This document shows, in pieces, positions 49,686 through 60,002 of a stretch of 64,000 nucleotides of DNA. The notes under the pieces are model-generated. The model searched no databases. It was not told the origin of the DNA and saw only the letters and a list, made by a program, of their open reading frames with translations. Numbering within the stretch: the first letter of the stretch is position 1; every line of letters starts with the position of its first letter. Source of the DNA: Syntrophales bacterium (lineage in GTDB: Bacteria > Desulfobacterota > Syntrophia > Syntrophales > PHBD01); the NCBI GenBank assembly GCA_963668175.1, contig OY764159.1, positions 416,001 to 480,000 of the forward strand. Direction: 5' to 3'. The position numbers and the translations under genes are program-made.

Positions 49686-50537
49686 ATGAATCAAAACGCT
49701 GATCCCACGAGCTTCCATGGGGGATCGAAATATGTCCTGGACGACGAACTGGCGAAAATCGTGAACATCTCCATGGCCTTGGAAATGCCGTTGCTTCTCA
49801 AGGGGGAGCCCGGCACGGGAAAAACCATGCTCGCCCATGCCATCTCGGAAAGTCTCGACCTGCCGCTCATCGTCCTGAACGTCAAATCGAGCATGAAGCT
49901 CATCGACGCCCTGTACCAGTACGACACGTTAACGCGCTTAAACGACAGCCGTTTCGGCGATTCCAAGCGCGACGTGAGTAACATCGAGGAATACATCAAG
50001 ATGGGAAAAATCGGTCAGGCTTTCGTCGCCGAACAACGTACCGTGCTTCTCATCGACGAGATCGACAAGGCCGATACGGATTTTCAGGACGACATGCTCG
50101 ATGTCCTGGACCAGATGCAATTCGATATCATAGAGATCGACAAAACCATTTCGGCGAAACACCGGCCCGTCATTATTATTACGTCCAATGCCAAGAAGGA
50201 TCTTTCCGATCCTTTCCTGGGCCGCTGCAATTTTCACCATATCGCCTTTCCCGATCCCGATATGATGCGCCAGATTATCCATGTCCACTTTCCCAAGGGC
50301 AATAAGGACCTGATCGAGGCCTGCATCAGCGCATTCTATAAAATACGCGATCTGACCGGGATGGAAAAGAAGCCGGCCACCAGGGAGCTGATCAACTGGA
50401 TACGGGCCATCAAAGCCGACCCGGACTTCAAAGTGAAATCGCTTCAGCAGGGTACGATTCCTTACCTGGGTATCCTGTTCAAGAAAAGCGGCGATCTGGT
50501 CAACGCCGGCAGGCAGTTGGCGCGCATGCGTCTCTGA
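49686..50537 (+). CDS. MoxR-family AAA+ ATPase
   Basis: Walker A GEPGTGKT, Walker B LLIDEIDKAD, and ITSN; GAGGAG RBS. Confidence 0.9.
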   Translation: MNQNADPTSFHGGSKYVLDDELAKIVNISMALEMPLLLKGEPGTGKTMLAHAISESLDLPLIVLNVKSSMKLIDALYQYDTLTRLNDSRFGDSKRDVSNIEEYIKMGKIGQAFVAEQRTVLLIDEIDKADTDFQDDMLDVLDQMQFDIIEIDKTISAKHRPVIIITSNAKKDLSDPFLGRCNFHHIAFPDPDMMRQIIHVHFPKGNKDLIEACISAFYKIRDLTGMEKKPATRELINWIRAIKADPDFKVKSLQQGTIPYLGILFKKSGDLVNAGRQLARMRL

Positions 50538-50548
50538 GGATTTCCGTC

Positions 50549-51742
50549 ATGTTTGTCAATTTCTTCTACACTCTCAAGGACCAGGGCATACCCGTAACCT
50601 TGACGTCGTTTTTACGTCTGCAGAAGGCATTGGGAATGGGTATGATACAGTCCGTGGAGGATTTCTATACGGCCGCCCGGGCGATCCTGGTTAAAAGTGA
50701 ACGGTATTTCGATACCTACGACCAGGTGTTCGCTCATTATTTCAGAGGCGTCGATCTTCAAGACCCGACCGACCAGGAAATCACCGAGATAGCTAAAGCA
50801 CTGTTGGACGAATGGCTGCGGAACCCGGCCCAGATAGCCGAAGCCCTCGGGGTGGACGTTGCTAAACTGCAGCAACTCTCTCCGGAAGAGTTGATTAAAT
50901 ACTTCTTCGATCGCCTGAAAGATCAGACCGAGGCGCACCACGGAGGCAACCGCTGGATCGGGACGGGCGGTACGTCCCCGGTGGGCCACTCCGGACGTCA
51001 TCCCGGCGGAATGCGTGTCGGGGGGACATCGCGGAACAAATCGGCCATCAAGGTGGCCATGGAGAGACGCTACCGGGACTATTCCCTCGACGGTCCCCTA
51101 ACCGAAGTCCAGATGGGCGAGGCCTTGAAGCGTTTGCGCCGGATGGTGCCCCACGGGCCCAAAGACGTCGTGAACGTGGACAAGACCATCTACGAGACCA
51201 TGCGCAACGGCGGCGAAATCAATATCGTTTTTGACCGGCGTCTTACCGACCGGCTGAAGATCATCCTGATGATCGACAATGGGGGCTGGTCGATGGACCC
51301 CTATATCGCCGTCGTGCAGACGCTGTTCAATTACGCCCGGTCGCAGTTCAAGGACCTAAAGATCTTCTTCTTCCACAATACGGTCTATTCCCGTATCTGG
51401 CAGGACCCCCAGCGATACCTGAAGCCGCTTCCCGTCGGCGATTTTGCCCGCATGGATCCCGATACGCGCCTGATCATCATCGGCGACGCGAGCATGGCGC
51501 CCTACGAGCTTATGCATTCCAACGGCTCGATACATTTGGAAGAGCAAGAAAACAAGCCTAGCCTGGAGCGGCTCAAGACGCTCGCCAGGACGTTCCGCCA
51601 CGCCGTCTGGCTCAACCCCCAATCCGAAGCGGAATGGTCATATACCTGGACGGTCGGCATCGTCCGGCAGGTCTTCCCGATGTACGAACTCACATTGGAC
51701 GGATTGGAAAAAGCGGTTCAGCGTCTCATGGCGAAACACTGA
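50549..51742 (+). CDS. VWA-domain (CoxE-like) partner of MoxR
   Basis: HHGGNRWIGTGGTSP, MIDAS-like DNGGWSM, FFHN, GDASMAPYE and WLNP motifs. Confidence 0.85.
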   Translation: MFVNFFYTLKDQGIPVTLTSFLRLQKALGMGMIQSVEDFYTAARAILVKSERYFDTYDQVFAHYFRGVDLQDPTDQEITEIAKALLDEWLRNPAQIAEALGVDVAKLQQLSPEELIKYFFDRLKDQTEAHHGGNRWIGTGGTSPVGHSGRHPGGMRVGGTSRNKSAIKVAMERRYRDYSLDGPLTEVQMGEALKRLRRMVPHGPKDVVNVDKTIYETMRNGGEINIVFDRRLTDRLKIILMIDNGGWSMDPYIAVVQTLFNYARSQFKDLKIFFFHNTVYSRIWQDPQRYLKPLPVGDFARMDPDTRLIIIGDASMAPYELMHSNGSIHLEEQENKPSLERLKTLARTFRHAVWLNPQSEAEWSYTWTVGIVRQVFPMYELTLDGLEKAVQRLMAKH

Positions 51743-51748
51743 CGCCGG

Positions 51749-52288
51749 TTATCGAACGATTTTAAAGATATCCTTGAATTTCTCGTTTTCCGCCGTCTGG
51801 AGCAATTCAAAAAGGACCATCTCCGCGCTGACGATGGCCGCACCGGCATCCCGCATGCGGGCCATGCCGATTTCCCGGTTCCTGGCCGTCCGGGAAGAGA
51901 CGGCATCGGCGACCACGTGGACCCGATAGCCTTCGCCCAGCAGATCCATAACCGTTTGATAGACGCAGACGTGGGCCTCAATTCCCGCCACCAGAATGTC
52001 TTCCCGTTCATACGATTTTACCGCACGCACGAAGTCCGGATTGTTCCAGCAACTAAAACTGGCCTTGGCGATGAGCGAGGCGCCGCTGAAGAGTTCACTG
52101 ATTTCGGGAATGGTCGGTCCCAGCTTATGCGGCGTCTGTTCGGTCACGACGAGGGGGATGTCAAACACGGATACGCCCCGGATGATTTTACGATTGCTTT
52201 CCAGCAAGAAGAGCTTATCGTCCATCGATTGGTATAGGTTGCCTTGAATGTCAATGACGACCAGAACGGTATTGGCAGCGGTCAACAT
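51749..52288 (-). CDS. Isochorismatase-family hydrolase (YcaC-like)
   Basis: VIDIQ, TEQ, KASFSC and GIEAHVCVYQT motifs. Confidence 0.9.
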   Translation of the reverse strand: MLTAANTVLVVIDIQGNLYQSMDDKLFLLESNRKIIRGVSVFDIPLVVTEQTPHKLGPTIPEISELFSGASLIAKASFSCWNNPDFVRAVKSYEREDILVAGIEAHVCVYQTVMDLLGEGYRVHVVADAVSSRTARNREIGMARMRDAGAAIVSAEMVLFELLQTAENEKFKDIFKIVR

Positions 52289-53244
52289 GATGTAATTTCT
52301 CCTCTTTCTGTCTGATTTGGAACTTCTCGATATTCATAGAGTCGCGGCAGGCCGGCATGGAACAAAGCACTTGTAATCGGTACCCGGGGGATGACGCTGT
52401 GGAGATAACGCGTAGCCTCAAGCAGCGCCTCCATGTCTATGCCCGTTTCTTCTCCCATCTCGTTGAACAGGAAGGCCACGTCTTCCGTCGCGACGTTTCC
52501 GGACGCCCCGGGGGCAAAGGGGCACCCGCCGAGACCGCCTATAGAGCTGTCGAAGGCACGGACCCCTTCATCATATGCCCTGAGCACGTTGGCCAAACCA
52601 AGACCTCGCGTATCGTGAAAATGGGCGCCGAAAGCGACGGCAGGAAAGGCGCCCCGGCAATGCCTGATCACATCGGCGACCTGTTTCGGATTGCCGACAC
52701 CCACCGTATCGCAGAGGGTTATCTCTCGGATGCCCATAGCGGCCACGGCGCCGACACATTTCAAGATGGCGTCCAACGTCATGAAGCCCTCGAAAGGACA
52801 GCCGAATACCGTGGCCAGATCGACCCTGACGACGACATCGGACCCCGCAACGACTTTGTCCATGATGTCCTCCAAGGCTTGCAGCGATTCCTCCGGGGTC
52901 TGGCGGACATTGTTCATGTTGTGGGAACGGCTGACCGAAAAAAAGAAGACGATCTTCCTGATACTGCAGGCGACGGCATCCCTTGCACCCTTAAGATTCG
53001 GAACCATGACGTTCAAGGTCACATCTTCGAGATCGGCAAGGCCGGCAATCACCGCTTCCATATCACGGAACTGGGGTATGGCCCGGGGGTTCACAAATCC
53101 GCCGGCTTGTATCTCCCGAATCCCGCTGGCCGCCAGACGCCTGATCAGGGCAATCTTATGCTCCGTGCTCACGAAGGCTTGCAGGTTCTGTAACCCGTCC
53201 CGGGGACCGACCTCAACGATATGAATCCGTCTTTCCTGCTCCAT
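52282..53244 (-). CDS. Hydroxymethylglutaryl-CoA lyase
   Basis: EVGPRDGLQN, HFHDTRG and GGLGGCPFAPGASGNVATED motifs; start at MEQERR. Confidence 0.92.
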   Translation of the reverse strand: MEQERRIHIVEVGPRDGLQNLQAFVSTEHKIALIRRLAASGIREIQAGGFVNPRAIPQFRDMEAVIAGLADLEDVTLNVMVPNLKGARDAVACSIRKIVFFFSVSRSHNMNNVRQTPEESLQALEDIMDKVVAGSDVVVRVDLATVFGCPFEGFMTLDAILKCVGAVAAMGIREITLCDTVGVGNPKQVADVIRHCRGAFPAVAFGAHFHDTRGLGLANVLRAYDEGVRAFDSSIGGLGGCPFAPGASGNVATEDVAFLFNEMGEETGIDMEALLEATRYLHSVIPRVPITSALFHAGLPRLYEYREVPNQTERGEITSC

Positions 53245-53429
53245 CGACTTCCCGCAATTCCTTCGATTTTTGTCCGTTTCCTTCCTGCGATGCATATTAT
53301 GGGCAGCGGACGGAAATGTCAACGCGGAAACGGAACGGGCCTATTATAGATCGCCTAACACTGCCGAAAGGAAAAAACGGCCAAGAATAACCTCTTGACA
53401 AGGGGCAAAATTTGCACTAGGGCAATGCG

Positions 53430-55196
53430 ATGAAGTGCCAAAGAATAAGAATGATTTTTGCTTTTTTATCCGCTGGTTGCATCCTCCTGGCCGGTATTGC
53501 CGAAGCATCGGACACACCGCCGGCAATCGACGTGATCATAGGCAAGCTTCAGGAAAGACTAAGGAGTACCGGCGATTCGGGTAAAGTAGTCTGTCGCAAA
53601 ACGCTGGTCTGCGAATCCCAGAATATCAGCCACTTTTACATGAAGCGGGGTTACGTCCCAGCCTGGAGCAAGGACGGTATTCCGCTCTCCGAAGTTGAAT
53701 CCATGCTGAAGATCATCCGCAATGCCCACCTGCAGGGTCTGCAGCCTCAGGATTATCACCTCGGCGCCATAGAAACGGCCCTGGCCGACCTGCGTCCGAC
53801 ATTGCAACAAAATGACGCCCTCGCTGCCGATCGCATCGTCGACCTCGATTTTCTTCTGACGGATGCTTTTCTGCTCTACGGTTCCCATATGCTGGAAGGA
53901 CGCGTCAATCCCAACAGGCTGCTTCCGTCGACATGGGTGGCCAACCAACGATCGGCCGATATGACGGAAGCCCTGGAAGAGGCCTTGAATACGCATCGGA
54001 TCGAAAGAACGCTGGCCGGCTTTGAACCCCAGTATGTGGGCTACGAAAGGCTGAAGCAGGCGCTCGCTCAATACCGGGCGGTCGCCGCGAAAGGCGGGTG
54101 GCCGACGATTCCCGGCGGCAATCAGGTCCGTCTGAAAAAGGGGGACCGCAACAGGCTGGTTGCCCTGTTGAGTTTGCGCTTGATGCTGTCGGGTGATCTC
54201 GATGTTATCAACGGCGGCGACGGCGGCCGCTTTGACCACACCCTGGAAGAAGCCGTGATTGCCTTTCAGCGGAGACACGGGCTTAAGGCCGACGGCGTGG
54301 TCCGCCAAGAAACCCTGAAGGCCCTCAATGTTCCTGTGGAAAAACGCATCCGCCAGATCGAACTGAACCTGGAGCGATGGCGCTGGTTCCCCCAGGACTT
54401 GGGAACGCGGTATATCCTCGTGAACATCCCGGATTATACCCTGGAAGTCGTAAACGAGAACCGGATTGTGATGGACATGAGGATCATCGTCGGTCAAAGG
54501 ACGATTCGAAACAAAGTGGACCCCCATACCCCCGTCTTTTCCGGCAGGATGACGCATCTGGAAATCAATCCCTATTGGAATGTCCCATACAGTATCGCGA
54601 CCAGGGAAATTCTTCCGGAACTCAAGAAAGACCCTCTGTATTTATCGAAAAAAAATATGTTCCTCTTCTCCGGCAAGGGAAAGGTCGATCCCACAACCGT
54701 GGACTGGACCAAGATTCATGAAAAGAATTTCAAATATCAAATCCGTCAGGACCCGGGTGCCTTTAATGCCTTGAGCAGGATAAAATTTCTCTTTCCAAAC
54801 CGGTTTGACGTTTATCTCCACGACACACCTACCCGGAATCTTTTCAAGAGATCGGAGAGGGATTTCAGCCACGGCTGTATGCGGATAGAGAAACCGGTCG
54901 ATCTGGCCGTGTACTTATTGAACGACCCCGCCGAGTGGTCCGAAAACAAGGTTTTGTCGACCATCAGAAAAGGCAGGAACCGCCCCGTTTATCTGCCGGA
55001 ACCGATCGACGTTCATGTCCAGTACTGGACGGCCTGGGTCGACGGCGAGGGGCAGGTGCAGTTCCGGGACGATGTCTACCGTTATGATCCGATGCTGGAA
55101 CTGGCCCTGAAAGAAAAGCTGTATCGGGTCGTACCGGGCGAACAGGTACAGAAGCCCGTCATGTCGACCACGCCATCCCTGACGGCGGTTTACTGA
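53430..55196 (+). CDS. L,D-transpeptidase (YcbB/LdtD type) with a peptidoglycan-binding domain
   Basis: FQRRHGLKADG, NLERWRW, VNIP, NPYWNVP and YLHDTP...SHGCMR motifs. Confidence 0.92.
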   Translation: MKCQRIRMIFAFLSAGCILLAGIAEASDTPPAIDVIIGKLQERLRSTGDSGKVVCRKTLVCESQNISHFYMKRGYVPAWSKDGIPLSEVESMLKIIRNAHLQGLQPQDYHLGAIETALADLRPTLQQNDALAADRIVDLDFLLTDAFLLYGSHMLEGRVNPNRLLPSTWVANQRSADMTEALEEALNTHRIERTLAGFEPQYVGYERLKQALAQYRAVAAKGGWPTIPGGNQVRLKKGDRNRLVALLSLRLMLSGDLDVINGGDGGRFDHTLEEAVIAFQRRHGLKADGVVRQETLKALNVPVEKRIRQIELNLERWRWFPQDLGTRYILVNIPDYTLEVVNENRIVMDMRIIVGQRTIRNKVDPHTPVFSGRMTHLEINPYWNVPYSIATREILPELKKDPLYLSKKNMFLFSGKGKVDPTTVDWTKIHEKNFKYQIRQDPGAFNALSRIKFLFPNRFDVYLHDTPTRNLFKRSERDFSHGCMRIEKPVDLAVYLLNDPAEWSENKVLSTIRKGRNRPVYLPEPIDVHVQYWTAWVDGEGQVQFRDDVYRYDPMLELALKEKLYRVVPGEQVQKPVMSTTPSLTAVY

Positions 55197-55369
55197 CGCG
55201 TGTATCCATGACGAACGGCATGCTGCTTTCAGATTCTTATTACGTCATATCGATATAGTATTCCCTATTTAGAAACGAACATATTACGACGGTATAAGAA
55301 ACAACATTATTTGATCTTTGATCCGTTTGGAGATATAATAAAAAGATAGATCAGGAGGGTGAAACGAAG

Positions 55370-56251
55370 GTGGACCAGAAGCGTTACGAGTTGAATGTCC
55401 AGTTGGCGCAGATGTTGAAGGGCGGCGTCATCATGGACGTTACCAATGTAGAGCAGGCCAGGATCGCCGAGGAGGCAGGGGCCGTGGCCGTTATGGCCCT
55501 GGAGCGCGTCCCCGCGGATATCCGCAAGGACGGCGGGGTCGCCAGAATGTCCGATCCGGCCATGATCGCCGAGATCAAAAAGGCCGTATCCATTCCGGTC
55601 ATGGCCAAGGCCCGGATCGGTCATTTCGTCGAAGCGCAGATCCTCGAAGCGCTGAAAATCGATTATATCGACGAGAGCGAAGTCCTCACACCGGCCGACG
55701 AAGAGTGCCACATCGACAAGACGCAATTCGCCATCCCCTTCGTATGCGGGGCGAGGAACCTCGGCGAGGCCCTACGGCGCATCGCCGAAGGGGCGGCCAT
55801 GATCCGCACCAAGGGCGAGGCGGGAACGGGCAATGTCGTCGAGGCCGTGAGGCACATGCGGACCATGAACCGGGAGATCCGGCAGCTGATACACATGCCG
55901 AAGGAAGAGGTGACGGGATTTGCCAAGGCCAACGGCATTCCTTACGAGCTGGCACTGAAGGTCCGCGACCTGGAGAGGCTTCCGGTGGTCAACTTTGCTG
56001 CGGGCGGCATCGCCACGCCGGCCGATGCGGCGCTCATGATGCAGCTGGGCTGCGACGGCATCTTCGTCGGCTCGGGAATATTCAAGTCGGCCGATCCTTC
56101 CGTCCGCGCCCGTGCAATCGTGAAGGCGACGGCTTACTACAACGATCCGGCGAAAGTCCTGGAGGCATCCATGAACCTCGGGCAGGCAATGCCCGGTCTG
56201 GAAATCTCCACTATCCCGGAAGGACAGCTCCTCGCCGGCCGGGGATGGTAG
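55370..56251 (+). CDS. pdxS: Pyridoxal 5'-phosphate synthase lyase subunit
   Basis: [27 protein letters not shown] and [13 protein letters not shown] motifs. Confidence 0.98.
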   Translation: MDQKRYELNVQLAQMLKGGVIMDVTNVEQARIAEEAGAVAVMALERVPADIRKDGGVARMSDPAMIAEIKKAVSIPVMAKARIGHFVEAQILEALKIDYIDESEVLTPADEECHIDKTQFAIPFVCGARNLGEALRRIAEGAAMIRTKGEAGTGNVVEAVRHMRTMNREIRQLIHMPKEEVTGFAKANGIPYELALKVRDLERLPVVNFAAGGIATPADAALMMQLGCDGIFVGSGIFKSADPSVRARAIVKATAYYNDPAKVLEASMNLGQAMPGLEISTIPEGQLLAGRGW

Positions 56252-56255
56252 GAAT

Positions 56256-56894
56256 ATGATCGGGGTCCTCGACCTCCAGGGTGGGGTATTTGAACATCTC
56301 GATCATCTGGCCCGTATCGGTGTTCCCAGTCGTTCCGTTAAAGAACCTTCCGATGTCAAAGGATTGTCCGGTCTGATCATGCCCGGCGGGGAAAGCACCT
56401 GCCTGGCCCGCCTGATGAGCATCTTCGGCGTTGCGGACGCCGTCGTCCGCGAGCACCAAGCCGGAATGAAGATCTGGGGCACCTGCGCCGGGGCCATCCT
56501 CCTTGCCAAAGAAATCGTCGGAGAAAGCCCCCACCTGGGGTTGATCGATATCGAAATCGAAAGAAACAGTTTCGGAAGCCAGTTGGAGAGCTTTTCCGGC
56601 TTGGCTTCGATTCCGCGCATTGCCGATTCGCCCTTGCCCCTGACCTTTATCCGTGCTCCCAAGATCAGACGGGCGGGACCCGGCGTCGACATCCTTCTTA
56701 AGATGGATGACTATATTGCGGCTGCGGAGAACCCGTCGGTCCTCGTAACCGTTTTCCATCCGGAACTCACAGCCAGTCTAGCTTTTCACCTCTATTTCGC
56801 CCGCAAATGCGGCCTCAAAGTGCCCGAAACCGCACCGTCCCTCGATCCCGCCTGGCAACCCACGAGCTGGACGCGGTACAGGCGAACGGCCTGA
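56256..56894 (+). CDS. pdxT: PLP synthase glutaminase subunit
   Basis: GVLDLQG, PGGEST, GTCAG, FIRAP and FHPEL motifs. Confidence 0.96.
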   Translation: MIGVLDLQGGVFEHLDHLARIGVPSRSVKEPSDVKGLSGLIMPGGESTCLARLMSIFGVADAVVREHQAGMKIWGTCAGAILLAKEIVGESPHLGLIDIEIERNSFGSQLESFSGLASIPRIADSPLPLTFIRAPKIRRAGPGVDILLKMDDYIAAAENPSVLVTVFHPELTASLAFHLYFARKCGLKVPETAPSLDPAWQPTSWTRYRRTA

Positions 56895-56950
56895 AAACGG
56901 CGACGGCACAATCGCCGCCGCCGACACGACCGTCACGCTGGCGGGATTCC

Positions 56951-57385
56951 CTATTTTATCCGATACCAGAACTGATTGCGCCCCAGAAGGGAAATGCCTA
57001 TAAAACCCCGCACCCGGAGTTTATTGCCGTTTTCCTGGAGTTCCATTTTACATTTATAAATCTTACCGTCTTTCGGGTCCAGTATCGTGCCCCCGGAATA
57101 CTCGCTGCCGTCTTTCTGGAGCCCCTTCATGATCACCAGTCCGATCAGGGGCTTGTTCAGGTCGGCCCCGGTACACTTATCGCAGAGCTTGCCCTTGTCC
57201 TCCGGCTGCAGCAATTCCAGGATGCGGCCGTAGAATTTTCCGCCTGTTTCGTAAATCTCGATGATCGACTTTTCCTTCTTGGTGACGTCATCCACGGATT
57301 TCCACTTGCCGACCGGCGACTCCTGGGCCACCGCCGCCGCCGTCCATAACAGGATCAACATGCCGAACAAAAAAACTTTCTTCAT
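56951..57385 (-). CDS. DUF2147 family exported protein
   Basis: Signal peptide; GKWKS, GTILDPKDGKIY and LRVRGFIG...GRNQFW motifs. Confidence 0.88.
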   Translation of the reverse strand: MKKVFLFGMLILLWTAAAVAQESPVGKWKSVDDVTKKEKSIIEIYETGGKFYGRILELLQPEDKGKLCDKCTGADLNKPLIGLVIMKGLQKDGSEYSGGTILDPKDGKIYKCKMELQENGNKLRVRGFIGISLLGRNQFWYRIK

Positions 57386-57592
57386 CTTCTCCCCCCTGCA
57401 TCAGTCCTACGGATTCATGAACGTCTCTCGCGCCCCTAAGGTTATTCGGGACACCAAAGACACAACGATGCAACGATACTCATAGCCGCTTGATAAGCAA
57501 AATATATCGATAAAACGGCCTCTCGGCAAGCAAAAACCGGCGATATGCAGCAATACGCCGTACAAGATCTTAAGTTTCCGGAAGTGCCTTTG

Positions 57593-58774
57593 TTAATTGA
57601 AAAGCCCCGTTTTCTCAAAATCGTCGATGTCCGCATCCGGATAGCCGAGATGCCGGAGGACTTCCCGTGTATGGGCCCCGGGAGGCGCGCCGATGGATTT
57701 GTACTGCATTTCCGTTTCGGAGAATTTGATCGGACTGGCGATCTGACGGACGGTCCCTACGCCGGGAACAGCGAGTTCGACCACCATCTGCCTGCCTTCG
57801 ACCAAGGGATCGGCGAGTGCTTCAGCCAGCGTGAGCACCGGCTCCACGCAGGCGTCCACCTTTTCGAATATCGCCGTCCATTCGTCCCTCGTTTTCGTCT
57901 TGAAAATTTGCCGGACTTCGGCCTTCACCTTGTCGATGTGGGGGGGCGACACGGTCCCGGCGATCAAATCGGGACGGCCGATGCCTTCGCAGAAGACCTT
58001 GAAGAAATGGGGCTCCAGGGAGCCGACGCTCATATATTTACCGTCCTTCGTTTCATAGTAATCGTAAAAAGAGCCGCCGTTTAGGAGCCATTCGCACTGG
58101 CCGGGGTCCCTTCCACCAACCAGGAACGAGGCGCCGACCATGGCATTGAAGGCGATGGCGCCGTCCGTCATGGAAATATCGATATTTTGGCCTTCCCCCG
58201 TACTGGCGCGGTGGTTGGCCGCGGCGAGTATGCCGATGACCGCGTGATTCGATCCGGAAGCCACATCCGCGATCTGCATCCCCATCAGCATGGGGCCCGA
58301 TTCCTTGGTCCCCGAATAGGCGATCATACCGGAACGGGCCAGATAGTTGATATCATGCCCCGCTCTGTCCCGGAAGGGGCCGGTCTGCCCGTAACCGGAG
58401 ATGGAACAGTAGATAAGCGACGGATTGATTTTCCTGAGGCTTTCGTAATCGAGCCCCAGTTTGGCCATGACCCCGGGACGGAACTGTTCGATGACAATGT
58501 CGTAGTCGGCCAGCAGTTGATGAACGATGCGGATTCCCCTTGGATCTTTAAGGTTCAGGGCCATGCAGCGCTTGTTCCTCCCCAGAAATGCCGATATCGC
58601 GGCAATCTTCGTCTTGGGGAGAAACGGGGGAATGAAAGCCGTTAAATCGGGACGCGATCCGGAAACGACGCGCAAGACATCGGCCCCCATATCCGCCAGG
58701 AGCATTGTAGCGTAAGGACCGGGCAAAAGAGTTGTGAAATCCAAAACCTTCAAATTCTTCAGCGGACCTGCCAT
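57593..58774 (-). CDS. CaiB/BaiF class III CoA-transferase / alpha-methylacyl-CoA racemase-like protein
   Basis: LLPGPYAT, GRNKR, EQFRPGV, SGYGQTGP and AGHDINY motifs. Confidence 0.92.
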   Translation of the reverse strand: MAGPLKNLKVLDFTTLLPGPYATMLLADMGADVLRVVSGSRPDLTAFIPPFLPKTKIAAISAFLGRNKRCMALNLKDPRGIRIVHQLLADYDIVIEQFRPGVMAKLGLDYESLRKINPSLIYCSISGYGQTGPFRDRAGHDINYLARSGMIAYSGTKESGPMLMGMQIADVASGSNHAVIGILAAANHRASTGEGQNIDISMTDGAIAFNAMVGASFLVGGRDPGQCEWLLNGGSFYDYYETKDGKYMSVGSLEPHFFKVFCEGIGRPDLIAGTVSPPHIDKVKAEVRQIFKTKTRDEWTAIFEKVDACVEPVLTLAEALADPLVEGRQMVVELAVPGVGTVRQIASPIKFSETEMQYKSIGAPPGAHTREVLRHLGYPDADIDDFEKTGLFN

Positions 58775-58800
58775 TTTCCCCTCCTTTCGTTAAGAACAAG

Positions 58801-59943
58801 TCATAATCCCATGAATCTTGCGGCAACTCCTTTCATGATTTCGTTTGTGCCTGCGAATATGCGGGTTACGCGGATGTCCCGCCAGGCCCTGGCGATCGGA
58901 TACTCTTCGCAGTACCCGTAACCGCCGTGGAGCTGGACGCACCGGTCGGCCACCCGGAACGCCATCTCCGTTGTCCAGTATTTCGCCATGGAGACCTCCA
59001 CGACGATGTTCCTGCCTTCCATGTGATCCACAATCAGTTTGTCCAGAAACGTCCTCCCCAGCTTCACTTCCGTTGCCATCTCCACAAGTTCGTACTGCGT
59101 GTTCTGAAATTTGGAGAGGGGACGGCCGAAAGCGTGACGTTCCCGGCAGTAACGGATGGTCAACTCCAGCATGAATTCGGCGCTGGCGACGGCACCGATG
59201 GAACAAATGATCCGCTCCTGCTGCAGATTCTGCATAAGTTTCTTAAAGCCCGATCCTTTTTCGCCGAGACGGTTGATCGCAGGGATACGGCAATCGGAAA
59301 AAAATATCTCCGCCGTGTCCTGGCTGCGAAGACCGATTTTTTTCAACCGGCGTCCCTTGTCGAATCCGGGCGCGCCCGCTTCAACCAAGAAGAGGTCCAC
59401 CGCCTTATGAGGGTTTGCCTCGTCGGAGTTGCGGGCGGCCAGGAGCAGAAGCCCGCAGTTGATGCCGTTGCTGACGAAGGTCTTCTGTCCGTTGATGACG
59501 ATTTCGTCGCCCTCATCGCGGGCCGTCGTCTTGATGGCCGCCAGATCGCTGCCGGCATCGGGTTCGCTCATGGCGATGGCCGCAATCGTCTCGCCGGAGA
59601 TACAGCCGGGAAGGTACTTCTTCTTCTGCTCTTCCTTAGCGAAGGCAAGGATATATGGTACGACGACGTCGCTGTGGAGAGAAACGGCCAGTCCGTGCTG
59701 ATTGGTCTTCGCGATTTCCTCGGCGACAATCACCGAATAAAGAAAATCCGCCCCGAGCCCTCCATATTCTGCCGGAACCTGTGTACAGAGAAATCCCTGC
59801 TCCCCCATTTTCCGCCAGACGGACTTGGGGATAATGCCGGCCTCTTCCCATGCGTCGATAAACGGGACGACCTCTTTTTCAAAGAACTTCGCCAGGCTCG
59901 CGCGAAAGATTCTGTGTTCGTCCGAGTACTGAATGATGTCCAT
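58801..59943 (-). CDS. Acyl-CoA dehydrogenase (long-chain-type signature)
   Basis: AMSEPDAGSDL, NGQKTF, QER, QLHGGYGY and RIFAGTNEIMK motifs; GGAGG RBS before ATG 59943. Confidence 0.93.
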   Translation of the reverse strand: MDIIQYSDEHRIFRASLAKFFEKEVVPFIDAWEEAGIIPKSVWRKMGEQGFLCTQVPAEYGGLGADFLYSVIVAEEIAKTNQHGLAVSLHSDVVVPYILAFAKEEQKKKYLPGCISGETIAAIAMSEPDAGSDLAAIKTTARDEGDEIVINGQKTFVSNGINCGLLLLAARNSDEANPHKAVDLFLVEAGAPGFDKGRRLKKIGLRSQDTAEIFFSDCRIPAINRLGEKGSGFKKLMQNLQQERIICSIGAVASAEFMLELTIRYCRERHAFGRPLSKFQNTQYELVEMATEVKLGRTFLDKLIVDHMEGRNIVVEVSMAKYWTTEMAFRVADRCVQLHGGYGYCEEYPIARAWRDIRVTRIFAGTNEIMKGVAARFMGL

Positions 59944-60002
59944 GAGCACCTCCTGATACCTGCATAAAGATTCCTGCCTTCTCCACCGATCATGCTTCAA
60001 GG

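Noticed and set aside
55236..55290. TATTACG repeated upstream of pdxS as a possible PdxR site
   Set aside because: Only two short copies in AT-rich DNA, and no MocR-family regulator is nearby.
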